Source: Octopus sinensis
Taxonomy: Eukaryota
Length of the DNA stretch: 64,000 nt
Reading direction: 5' to 3'
Assembly (NCBI RefSeq): GCF_006345805.1
Contig: NC_043002.1
Coordinates: forward strand, 13,702,001-13,766,000
The notes beneath the pieces are model-generated. The model saw nothing but the letters and a program-made list of their open reading frames with translations, ran no database searches and was not told the DNA's origin. This document shows positions 39,941-51,145 of the stretch, piece by piece. A program made the position numbers and the translations under genes. How positions within the stretch are numbered: position 1 is the stretch's first letter; every line of letters starts with the position of its first letter.

Positions 39941-42468
39941 CTACTACTAAATTAAGGTCACGACAGAGAAATAGAATGTTCTTGAAGCCGAGGATTTTAA
40001 ATTTACAGAGACAATATTTACATATCACCTGAGGAAATACAACTAGACCTCGTAATGCAGGGAAATAGTTTCTTAATCAAGTACCTGCACATCTGGAGAA
40101 CTACGTTGCGTGCAAACAATTGTAGTGATTAAAAAATAAATGTTCAACCGTACTCTTCTTGTTGACTCCAATTTTTTCAATTATGTATTCACACATGAGA
40201 GATGCCCAAATGCAAACCTGGAAATACATATAATACTACTACTGGAAAGTAAAGTTTAAATGTGAAAGTGGACGAGTGAGCTTTATACTGTATTCTACTA
40301 TGTTCTTAACAGAATATACTATAATTATATATATACATATATAAGACGGGCTTCTTACGGTTTACGTCAACCAGATATACTCACAAGTCTTTGGTCGGCT
40401 CGAGTCTATAGCAGAAGACACATGCCCAAGGTGTCACGCAATAGTACTGAACCCAGAACCTTGTGGTTGGGAATACATATATATTAAATATATCTGTATA
40501 TATACACGGCAAGATGTGTGTGTGTGTATACGTGATTGTAGTTCATGCACATCCACAAATTAGCACGCATGTCGCTCAAATTTTAGGAGGACATTTGCAA
40601 ACATCCTATCTTGGTTTTGTCAACTTATTTTTTTCCCGAGGCACCCGCGGATAGCGGTAAAAATCTATTTTCAGCCATATCTTTTTGACGGCGTCTAACA
40701 AAAAGAAAAACAAGATAAAGAAAAGTGGAAGAAGAGAGGCAGAGAGTTTCACGGGAAAGACAAAGTGAGAGAGGGAGAGAGAGTAAGTGACGATGTTCAT
40801 AAAATATAAAATGTAAAATGTTTTGTCTTTTCTTAAACACGAGATATAGTGTTCAAATTCAGGATGTTTTTGAAAGACACTATATTTTATACTCATAGTA
40901 TATATACTTTGTCACACAGCAATTACAATATATTTATTTTAAATCATTTATTTATTCGTTCATCTTCTCCCCCCCCCCTATGAAACCGAACTCGAATTTT
41001 CAGTGTCTGGTGAAGGCAAGCAAGCAGAAACTTCGAATTAATCCCTTCGATATGGTTTGTCTGAATGGTTAGCCTGTTCTTGTTAGTTCTAGATGGTTAG
41101 TCTGTAGCATAGACCAGGCTTGTATAGAAAGCGCCGATGAATCGGTAATTTATCAACAGAGTTTATTAATCAATGCAAGAAATGCACTTCGTTCCTATAT
41201 CGAAAATAGAAATGTAATTCGGAAAAGCTGGTAAACTATGTATCTTCCGTTCGAAATCAACAAATTTTGCTATTATGAGATAATTATCTCTGTAAAATAA
41301 AAAGAATGGAAGAAATAGTCGAGTACTAGAACTGATTCAAAAGAAACACGCGTTACCTATTACTCTACATACGTCTCCAAAGTCCATCCCTCCTCACCGT
41401 GGGGAGGGGAACGCTGGTAACGGGTAGTGTCAGAGCTATGCCATCGGGAACTTCGGTTCCTGGTAGGGCCACCCAAGGCCGATTGGTCTGATACCGAGTG
41501 GTATTAGGGCCACAACCCGGCAGACGGGACTCTGGTAAAAATCCTCGGAGTGTCTTCTTCGGCAACCGGCGGCTCTCTCAGTCGTTGTGTCCCTGCGTCT
41601 GCGGACAATCTGCGGCAAACAGGATGTCTTCACATGCGGGATTATTGGGGACCGCTTGTGAAATCTACATAATCCCACGAAACTTCTTCCATGAGTAGAA
41701 GAAGCCGACTCAACCCGCCCGAGGTGAATGTCGCTACAAGTACAAGTAAAGTAATTCTACATACGAATGCTTCAAGGCTGTCGGGTGTCTTTTTCACCAG
41801 ATACATTCGATAGTTCAGCTTGAAATTATATGCCGTAGGAAAAACGCAAAATAAAGGTGGCCTCGGAATGAGACATACATTAAGAAAACGAAATAAGGGT
41901 GAGGAAAATGGAACTGGTAAAGGGCCAGTGGAATTCCCTACTCACAGATTACCTAAACGAAATAGATAGTGGTGTGGTTTCATTTCGCTAGCAAATTTAT
42001 GGTGTAGCTACTGCAAACTAAGGTGTGATTAACTTGCATCTGGCTTCAATGAAGGGAAACCGGCTCACAAAAATGGGATATTAATTAATTAAGAAAGATT
42101 ATGTGATTAAAAATAACTCTTAGGGGCGAAAGGCAAAGAAGAGATAATAAAGGGTAAGGGGGCAAAATTTGAAGCATGTAAGAACCGTATATATACACAC
42201 ATATGTATATGCTTGTCCACACAAAAATAGGACTACACAGACGTATGCGTAGAAAGCATATCCGTAATAAAAAGAAAGCATATCTGTACGAAACGATCGT
42301 CGGCATGAATCAAAGTATTCTTATGTATTTTAAATCTTCTCTTCCCCATTTTAAACAAAATTGTTGAATTCTATTGTATTTTTTCGATAATTCACAGCAC
42401 ATCATATAAAAGTATTATTTTCATATTCGCAAATTTACGCCTGTAAACCACCAGCAAAATCTGAAGAA
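39941..42468 (-). repeat. Duplicated block U, copy 3 (inverted)
   Basis: Reverse complement of 31840-34359. Confidence 0.95.
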
Positions 42469-42493
42469 TCTGCGGACAATCTGCGGCAAACAG

Positions 42494-44125
42494 AAAAATT
42501 TTGGGTAAAATTTCCGGTGATAATTTTCGAAAAATTTTTGTTGAAAATTTTCGGTGAAAATTTTCGAAAAATTCTTGAGGAACATTTTCAACAAATTTTC
42601 AACAAATTTTCAAAAATTTTTAAGTAAAATTTTTAACAAATTTTTGGAAAATTCTTGAGGAATATTTTCGAAAATTTTTGGTGTTAATTATCGAAAAATT
42701 TTTGTTCATAATTTTCGGTGAAAATTTTTGAAAAATTCTTGAGGAAAATTTTCGAAAAATTTTTGTTGAAAATTTTCGGTGAAAATTTTTCAAAAATTTT
42801 TAAGGAAAATTTTCGGTGATAATTTTCGAAAAATTTTTCTTGAAAATTTTGGGGTGAAATTTTCGAAAAATTTTTGGTGATAATTTTCGAAAAATTTTTG
42901 TTGAAAATTTTCGGTGAAAATTTTTGAAAAATTTTTGGTGATAATTTTCCAAAAATTTTTGTTGAAAATTTTCGGTGAAAATTTTCGGTGATAATTTTCC
43001 AAAAATTTTTGGTGATAATTTTCGAAAAATTTTTGTTGAAAATTTTCGGTGAGGCATCTTGACTGTAGTAGTAAAGCAGTATTCACTCTATATATACACA
43101 GAAATCAGCCACCTAAAAATCAAGTTTTAGCCATAACAAATCTATTTTTAGCTCGGGGAAAATTTTCGAAAAATTCTTGAGGAATATTTTCGAAAAATTT
43201 TTGGTGTTAATTATCGAAAAATTTTTATTGATAATTTTCGGTGATAATTTTCGCAAAATTTTTTTTGAAAATTTTCGGTGATAATTTTCGCAAAATTTTT
43301 GTTGAAAATTATCGTGGAAAGTTTTCGAAAAATTCTTGAGGAAAATTTTCGGTGATAATTTTCCAAAAATTTTTGGTGATAATTTTCGGGGAAAATTTTC
43401 AAAAAATTCCTGAGGAAAATTTTCGAAAAATTTTTTGGTAAAATTTTCGGTGATAATTTTTGAAAAATTTTTGGTGATAATGTTCGGTGAAAATTTTTCA
43501 AAAATTTTTTTTGAAAATTTTCGATGACAATTTCGAAAAATTGTTGTTGAAAATTTTCGAAAAATTTTTTGGTAAAATTTTCGGTGATTATTTTCCAAAA
43601 AGTTTTGGTGATAATTTTCGAAATTTTTGTTGAAAATTTTCGTGGAAAATTTTCGAAAAATTCTTGAGGAAAATTTTCGGTGATAATTTTTGAAGAATTT
43701 TTGGTGATAATTTTTCTGTGAAAACTTTCGAAAAATTAACTAATATGCTCCATATGCTGAAGTCTATAAACGTCGACAGCAGAATCTGGTGAGGCATCTT
43801 GACTGTAGTAGTAAAGCACTCTATATATACACGGAAAGCAGCCAACTAAAAATCTATTTTTAGCCATAACAAATCTATTTTCGGTGAAAATTTTTGGAAA
43901 ATTTTTGGATAAAATTTTCGGTGCTAATTTTCAAAAAAGGTTTGTTGAAAATTTTTGGGTAAAATTTTCGGTGATAATTTTCGAAAAATTTTTGTTGAAA
44001 ATTTTCCTTTGGTAAAATTTTCGGTGATAATTTTCGAAAAATGTTTGCTGATAAATTTGGGTGAAGATTTTCCAAAAAATTTTGGGTAAAATTATGGGTG
44101 AAAAGTTTCGGAAAATTTTTAGGTA
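42494..44125. repeat. 37-bp satellite arrays with two same-orientation cap modules
   Basis: Caps at 43048-43158 and 43788-43880; the latter is preceded by ~50 bp of non-satellite sequence. Confidence 0.95.
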
Positions 44126-44134
44126 AAAAAGTGT

Positions 44135-45700
44135 ATACCTGCCCGAATGAGAAAAATATTGGCTTCAAAGCTGAATGCTATAAACATAATTTCGGCAATA
44201 AACTCACCCACAGTTGCAGCAGTTCGGTATGGCGCTGGAATACTTAAGTGGACAGAGGAGAAGATAAAGGTGATGGACAGGAAGTCAAGAAAGCTCATAA
44301 CGATGCATGATTCCCATCATCCACGTGCAGACACTGATACATAAAGAGAGCAAATGGAGGAAGAAGACTGATAAGTGTGAAAGACTGCATGCCTTTAGAA
44401 CTCGATTGCTTAATATGATACCTACCCAAAGTAAGGAAACCATGCTGGAGACAGTAAAGAACGATGGAGTATTGAGAGCAGAGGAGAAAAGGAAAAACAA
44501 AAGAAGTACAAAAAGGACATAAAGAAGAAGTACGCAAGAAGGAACTACACAAACAATTCGATGTAGCCACAAAGAGGTTGTTGGTTGATGAATGAAACCC
44601 TAAAAAATAAAGAGAAAGAGAACCCTATACTGGCGGCGCAAGGCCAAGCTTTGGCCACGAACTGGAGGGTTAACCTTAGGAACGAGCAAGTGCATTTTGT
44701 TTTTAGTCGATTATATCGATTCCGAGGCCAATGGCAAATGCAAAGCGAAAATGAGATGAAGTCAGAATGTCAGAACGTGAAGAACTGTTGTAAGCATTGT
44801 GAAATTCCTCTATCAAGAGCTCAGCCGGTTTGAAATGCAAGAATCGTAGAACAAAAATCCTGATGATGTCTTTATTTGGTGAATAGGAATGAGAAAAACA
44901 ACTTACAAACTTATAAACACACATAAGGCTATGTACAAAGTTTTACATGTATTGAATATAGGTCCTTATATCTATTTCATATTTAGTATAATAATAAAAT
45001 TCCCTTGGCAAGACTTCATCTAGTTGTCTTAACTATGTAGCGAAGTGGGGATCAGGTTAAGCACATATTCCTCGAATAGGCTTCGTTCTCGACAGTTCAA
45101 TCCTTACATCGGTTACTTTCTATTTCCCTTGATTTCTATGTTATATCTTGCTAATCTATGCCATTCTGCAATCCTCGTACTTATTTATGCACCCACTTAT
45201 AAGAGCCCACTCGATCATCCTTTCATACACGATATACAGTTGCGTTAAATTACCATTTCCCGTTTTTTCCTAACTCTTTTTGCCAATATCGTTTCATGTG
45301 TCTTCTTTCCGTTCGTACAACGACCCGTAAACCCTTGTATTTATGTAGGTGTGTGGTTTTACTGTTTTATTTTTTCCTTTTCTTCTATATGTACGCACGC
45401 TTTCGTAACTATACATATAAGTTTGTTCACCTGCCTCTTTTATACATACATATATACGTACATACACACACACATTTAATTTGGAGGTCTCCAAAAAACG
45501 ATTTCTAATATTGATTCTTCAGATTTTGCTGGTGGTTTACAGGCGTAAATTTGCGAATATGAAAATAATACATTTATATGATGTGCTGTGAATTTATCGA
45601 AAAAAATACAATAAGATTCAACAATTTTTTTAAAATGGAGAAGAGAAGATATTAAAATACATAAGAAAATTTTGATTCATGCCGACGATCGTTTCGTACA
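44135..45700 (+). repeat. Duplicated block R, copy 2 (includes the R4/Dong fragment)
   Basis: Colinear with 30415-32015. Confidence 0.95.
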
Positions 45701-46243
45701 GAGATATAAAAATCATGCAAATTCATGGTTGAATTGAATTAAATTATATTAATTAAATTCAATATATGCCAATTTACTCATCAGTGCAAGAAGTACAAAC
45801 AAAATTTTCAAAATGACCTAGCAGATTCATATTTATTCTTATGAGAAAAAGAGATGTGAGTCTAGTTAGATTAATTTAATTGTTGAGTTTTGTGGGATTT
45901 CTTTCAATAAATTCACAAGACGTCACAGACAAGTGTATGTAAATATATATATATATACATATATATTTACATACATATATATGTACATATATATATATGT
46001 GTGTGTATATATATATACACACACTCACACGTACACACACATATATATATATATATAGCTATATATACATATATCTATATCTATATATATACATATATAT
46101 ACTTAGATACATATATATATACATGCACACACGCACGCATATATGACAAATTAAACGTGCGGCTTATTAGTAATTATAACCTAAAAGCATAATTAATGGA
46201 GCTCGTATATTAATGTGAACTCTGTTAATTTTCCCTATATATG

Positions 46244-46277
<34 letters not shown>

Positions 46278-46381
46278 TATATAGTTAATCCAAACAAGAA
46301 AACACAAAAAAACACAACAACGCGAGGACGTGGAACAAATATAGTATTATTGAACGCTCAGAAAAGAAGGGAAGAAGGAGG

Positions 46382-46416
46382 GTTTAACGTTTCGAGCGGA
46401 GCTCTTCGTCGGAAAC
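46382..46416 (-). ncRNA. Degenerate minimal hammerhead motif in a Penelope-like terminal repeat fragment (about 46280-46500)
   Basis: GUUU-CCGACGA-A-GAGC-UCC-GCUC-GAAA-C-GUU-AAAC: stems I and II pair, palindromic AACGUU stem III; core has U4C and an extra A. Confidence 0.55.
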
Positions 46417-46539
46417 ATAGGAGAAGGAAAGATCCAGAAAAGGGAAGACAGAGGAAAAAAATCGCCAACGGTACACACGAGGTCACATTTTGAATAGGTA
46501 TGCCTTTATATTTCTATATATTTTAAATGCGTGTATAAT

Positions 46540-47782
46540 TATGTTTTGATACGGACATGCTTTATACGCGTACGTCTGTGTAGTCCTATTTTTGTGTGGA
46601 CGAGCATATTCCTATGTGTGTATTTATACGGTTCTTATATGCTTCAAATTTTGCCCCTTTCTCTTTTTTATCTCTTCCTTGCCTTTCACCCCTAAGAGTT
46701 CTTTTTAGTCACATAATCTTTCTTAATTAATAAATATCCCATTTTTTTGAGCCGGTTTCCCTTCATTGAAGCCAGATGGAAATTACTCACACCTTAGTTT
46801 GCAGGAGCCACACCATCTATAAATTTGAGTATGCAGCTAGCGAAATGAAACCACACCGCTATCTATTTCGTTTAGGTAATCTGTGAATAATACCAGTTCC
46901 ACATTCCTCACCCTTAGTTTCATACTTAAATGTATGTCTCATTCCGAGGCCACCTTTATTTTTCATTTTTCACCACGGCATATAATTTCAAGCTGAACTA
47001 TCGAATGTATCTGGTGAAAAAGACACCCGACAGCCTTGAAGCATTTGTATGTAGACTTACTTTACTTGTACTTGTGGCGACATTCACCTCGGGCGGGTTG
47101 AGTCGGCTTCTTCTACTCATGGAAGAAGTTTCGTGGGAATATGTGGATTTCACAAGCGGTCCCCAATAATCCCGCATGTGAAGACATCCTGTTTGCCGCA
47201 GATTGTCCGCAGACGCAGGGACAGAACGACCGAGAAGCCGCCGGTTGCCGAAGGTAGACACTCCAAGGATGTTTGGCCCTAATACCACTCGGTGTCAGAC
47301 CAATCCGTCTTGGGTGACCCTACCAGGAACCGAAGTTCCCGACGGCATAGCTCTGACACTACCCGTTACCAGCATCCCCACCACGGCGAGGAGGGGATGG
47401 ACTTTTGGAACGTATGTAGAGTAATAGGTAACGCGTGTTTCTTTTGAACCAGTTCTAGTACTCGACTATTTTGTTCCATTCTTATTATTTTACAAAGATT
47501 ATTATCTCATGATAGTAACATTTGTTGATTTCGAACTGAAGATGCACACTTTACCAGCTTTTCCGAATTTCATTTCTATTTTCAATATAAGAACGAGGTG
47601 CATTTCATTCATTGATTAATAAACTCTGTTGATAAATTACCGATTCCTTGGCACTTTCTATACAAGCCTGGTTTATGCTACAGACTAACCATCTAGAACT
47701 AACAAGAACAGGCTAACCATTCAGACAAACCATATCGAAGGGTTTAATTCGAAGTTTCTGCTTGCTCGACTTCACCAGACAC
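46540..47782 (+). repeat. Duplicated block U, copy 4 (older, partial)
   Basis: Visibly more diverged from 32030-33292; truncated at the palindrome at 47784. Confidence 0.95.
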
Positions 47783-47813
47783 AGTTAAAAGGCTATATAT
47801 ATATATATATATA

Positions 47814-47983
47814 TAGCCTTTTAACCTACAAATTTAACACTGCGACACAGCATTATATATCTTTCTATCTCTCTATCTCTCTATCTCTCTTATATTCTCA
47901 ATCTCTCGACCTCTCTTTCCCTCTATTTCTCTTTCTTTCTCACTCTCTCCCTCCCTGTCTCTCTGCATATCTAGTACGATATG

Positions 47984-48076
<93 letters not shown>

Positions 48077-48079
48077 TGC

Positions 48080-48152
<73 letters not shown>

Positions 48153-49680
48153 AAGAGTGGAAAGGAACACACGAGTTGACATATATGAAAAAACAAGTCA
48201 AAAATAGGAAATGCTAAGATAATTTTATAGTGAATCTTTCAGTACCGGTTTCGGTCATTTTGAGACCTTTTCAACTGTAACGATTAAATAATTAAATTTA
48301 GAAAAATTAGAAGAAAAGTTTTTTAAAAGAATATTTCTGTAGTAGTGTTCAGATATAAGTAGCATTCTGCCTTTCTCTGACTCCCTTGTTTGCACTTGTG
48401 TGTTCGAGGTCGTTTTGAGTTCTTGGTAGGATAGGTGAAGAATAATAAGGCTGATGTAAAGAGGGGGGGGGGGAAATCTGGGAATACCTTAATGGTCGTA
48501 TTTTGAATGGTCAGTGGCTGACAGTAGTCGCAGTTCAATTCAGGAATTGTTTATGGAATTTGCGTAGGCGTTATACTGAAAGACATTAGTGACAAGGTTA
48601 AGGGGTGGAAGGTGAAGTAGAAGAAGAAGAAGATGACGATGTTGATGATGATGATGATGAAGAAGAAGAAGAAGGAGAAGGAGAAGATGGTGGTGATGAT
48701 GGTGGTGATGATGATGACGACGATGATGATGATAATGATGATGATGAAGAAGAAGAGGAAGGAGAAGAAGAAGAAAAAAACAGAGAAGGGAGAATATGAA
48801 TGGGTGTAAGTGATGGGGCTGATTAGTAATGGATTCTATGGAGTGTAATATTTGTGTGTGTATATATTTCTTTTATTCTAAAGTTGAGGTATATTAATTG
48901 TTTGTCGTAGACCCGTTAAGAAGTGGCTTGTATTTTGTAATAAAGAGATTTTCTTTACTTATTCGTTGTCTCGAGGTTGTATCGTCCCTAAATTGGTAGA
49001 GGGGGAAAATTCTGAAGTTTGGTGTTTTTTTGTTGGCGCAAGTATCTATGTGTTGGCTAAAAGCTATTTTTCTGTTTTAGGGAATTTTTATCTGGGATCT
49101 GTGCTGGGCCATTCGTTTACGCAAACCATTTTTTGTTTGGCCTATGTACTGCTCTTGACACCCGGAGTAGGTTAGTGAGTATATTAGGTTCTCCGAAGCA
49201 CATGTGAAGTTGCTTTTCACTGTAAACCGTTGTCCCTATTTGAAGGAGAACTCTGATCCCTCAATTAGATAGTCGCATATCCCGCAATTGGGTCTTCCAC
49301 ATTTTTTTACTGTCGGCTTCTGTGTTGAAGAGTGAATTCGGGCTTGTGTAAGGAGACTTTTCATGGATCTAGGCTGTCTTTTGCTTTTTATGATCGTGTG
49401 TGTTTGGAGGATTGTGTTCATTCTGTGGTCTTTTTTTAGGAGGGGTATGTTGTGGAGGATGGTGTCGAAGGCTTCGTTATTGAGAGGGTTGTGTGTGGAG
49501 ATGTATGGTAAGGCTTTTGGTTGTAAGTTTTTCTTTGATTTGGGATGTCTCAGTTCCTTGATGTTAAGTTGAAGGGCACGTTGAATGCACTTGTCAATAA
49601 GTGAAGGTGGATAGTTCCTGGTGATAAGGGTATCTTTTAGTTCTTGTAGTCGTGTGTCTCTGATGTTTGCGTTAGAGACT
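47814..49680 (-). mobile_element. Inverted copy of the 3' end of the Penelope-like element plus its downstream flank
   Basis: Reverse complement of 52646-54472 with several substitutions and indels. Confidence 0.95.
48240..48277 (-). ncRNA. Minimal hammerhead motif, U3-A8 core (inverted repeat copy)
   Basis: CAG-UUGAAAA-GGUC-UCAAAAU-GACC-GAAA-CCG-GUA-CUG. Confidence 0.7.
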
Positions 49681-49752
49681 TTCTTCTAATCTTTTCTTCT
49701 AATCTTCTAATCTTTTCTTCTAATTTTTCTAAATTTAATTATTTAATCATTA

Positions 49753-49790
49753 CAGTTGAAAAGGTCTCAAAATGACCGAAACCGGTACTG
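49753..49790 (+). ncRNA. Minimal hammerhead motif, U3-A8 core (5' pLTR)
   Basis: CAG-UUGAAAA-GGUC-UCAAAAU-GACC-GAAA-CCG-GUA-CUG. Confidence 0.7.
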
Positions 49791-49910
49791 AAAGATTCAC
49801 TATAAAATTATCTTAGCATTTTCTATTTTTGACTTGTTTTTTCATATATATCAACTCGTGTGTTCCTTTCCACCCTTATACATATCATTAACCCACATGA
49901 GATACAGAAA

Positions 49911-51145
49911 ATGCCGACAAAAACAGACACAATCGCCTCCATAAATGTAGAAATACTGAAAGAACTCAAGAAATCAACACAAATTTGTCAACATTTTTGA
50001 ACAAATTTGACTCGACACATCAACCCAATCGAGAGAACAATGAGGAAACATATACGAAAAATACAACCTCCGAAATTGTCGAAAACCTTGGAAACTTATG
50101 CGAAACAATTAGAACATTTTTCTCTAACAACGCTAACCAAGGACCTCCAAACGCGTCATTATATGGGATCAATACTCTAACAACATACCAAATGAAACAA
50201 CACATAATCCCACAATGGAACAAATCACTCAGAGATAGAAAGTTCGCCTTTTGGAAGATGATCCAAAACAACAACAAAGCGGATATATACGAAAAATGGC
50301 TCAACCGGACCCCGTTAATCCTCCCACGTAAATTCCAGTTCAAAGCTATTACAGAGGAACCTGAAACACAAAGACACCTCAGGGAGAGAATGGCACTGGA
50401 AAAAATGAAAATGGAAATAGAACTTCTGAAATTGAGGGCCCAAACGAATGAGGATAAAATAAAATCCACCGATGAAGATATCAACGAAGAAATTCGCAAA
50501 ATGACCCAAGGCCCAGATCAAGAGAAGTTCTCCAAACTATGGAAAGAGGACTGTGAAAAAGAAGAACTAAAATCTCTCCAACGCTGGGAGAAAAACGCCA
50601 TTTGGTTCTCAGACTATGAAGCCGTCTTTCAAACAGAGCACGCCTCCAACAACCCTTTCCAGAAAATAAGAAAACCAAAACAACACCCAAACACCGATAC
50701 ACACCTGTCTAAAAATCGGAACCTTCACTACTTTCAAAAAAAGATTACAGGACCTAACCCTAACTCTGTAAGCAGCCAGCGTTACAATATCAGGAATACC
50801 CCCACTTCAAGCAGAGAAAGGATAAATCAACACCCACAGCATAGACACTGCAACCTTATCCCCACCCAAAAGAGTTACCAACGAAATCTCCGCCCCATAA
50901 ACCGGTTAAACAACCATGCACAACAAACCCACTCCACTTACAATGATTACCAACGAAGGCCTCCTAGAACACCACACCCGAATATGGGATATCGGGATGC
51001 TCTCCTCAATACTGCTCCAAGAACACACACCATAAATCACAACAGGAGATCCCACATCAACAAAGAACAACTATATAATAGCTACCGTCCCAACCACCGC
51101 ATTCATTTTTTAGACCCAATACGCAAACACAGAGACACAAGATAG
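49911..51145 (+). pseudogene. PLE upstream ORF or N-terminal region (predicted helical and basic, ~410 aa)
   Basis: ATG at 49911 (MPTKTDTI) shifts near 49980 into the 386-aa ORF 49985-51145; charged helical segment, then an Asn/His/Arg-rich tail; function not recognised. Confidence 0.7.

Noticed and set aside
35058-43880. Recurring ~110-bp cap between arrays as a CRISPR-like repeat
   Set aside because: Units are too long, occur in both orientations and are separated by satellite rather than unique spacers; eukaryotic context and no cas genes
34350-44168. Many 60-230-aa ORFs rich in KIFRKFSPKIF or ENFQQKFF
   Set aside because: They are translations of the 37-bp satellite, open in several frames on both strands
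48605-48799. Acidic poly-Asp/Glu ORF (also 53518-53712)
   Set aside because: It is a GAA/GAT trinucleotide tract in the PLE 3' UTR and its inverted copy
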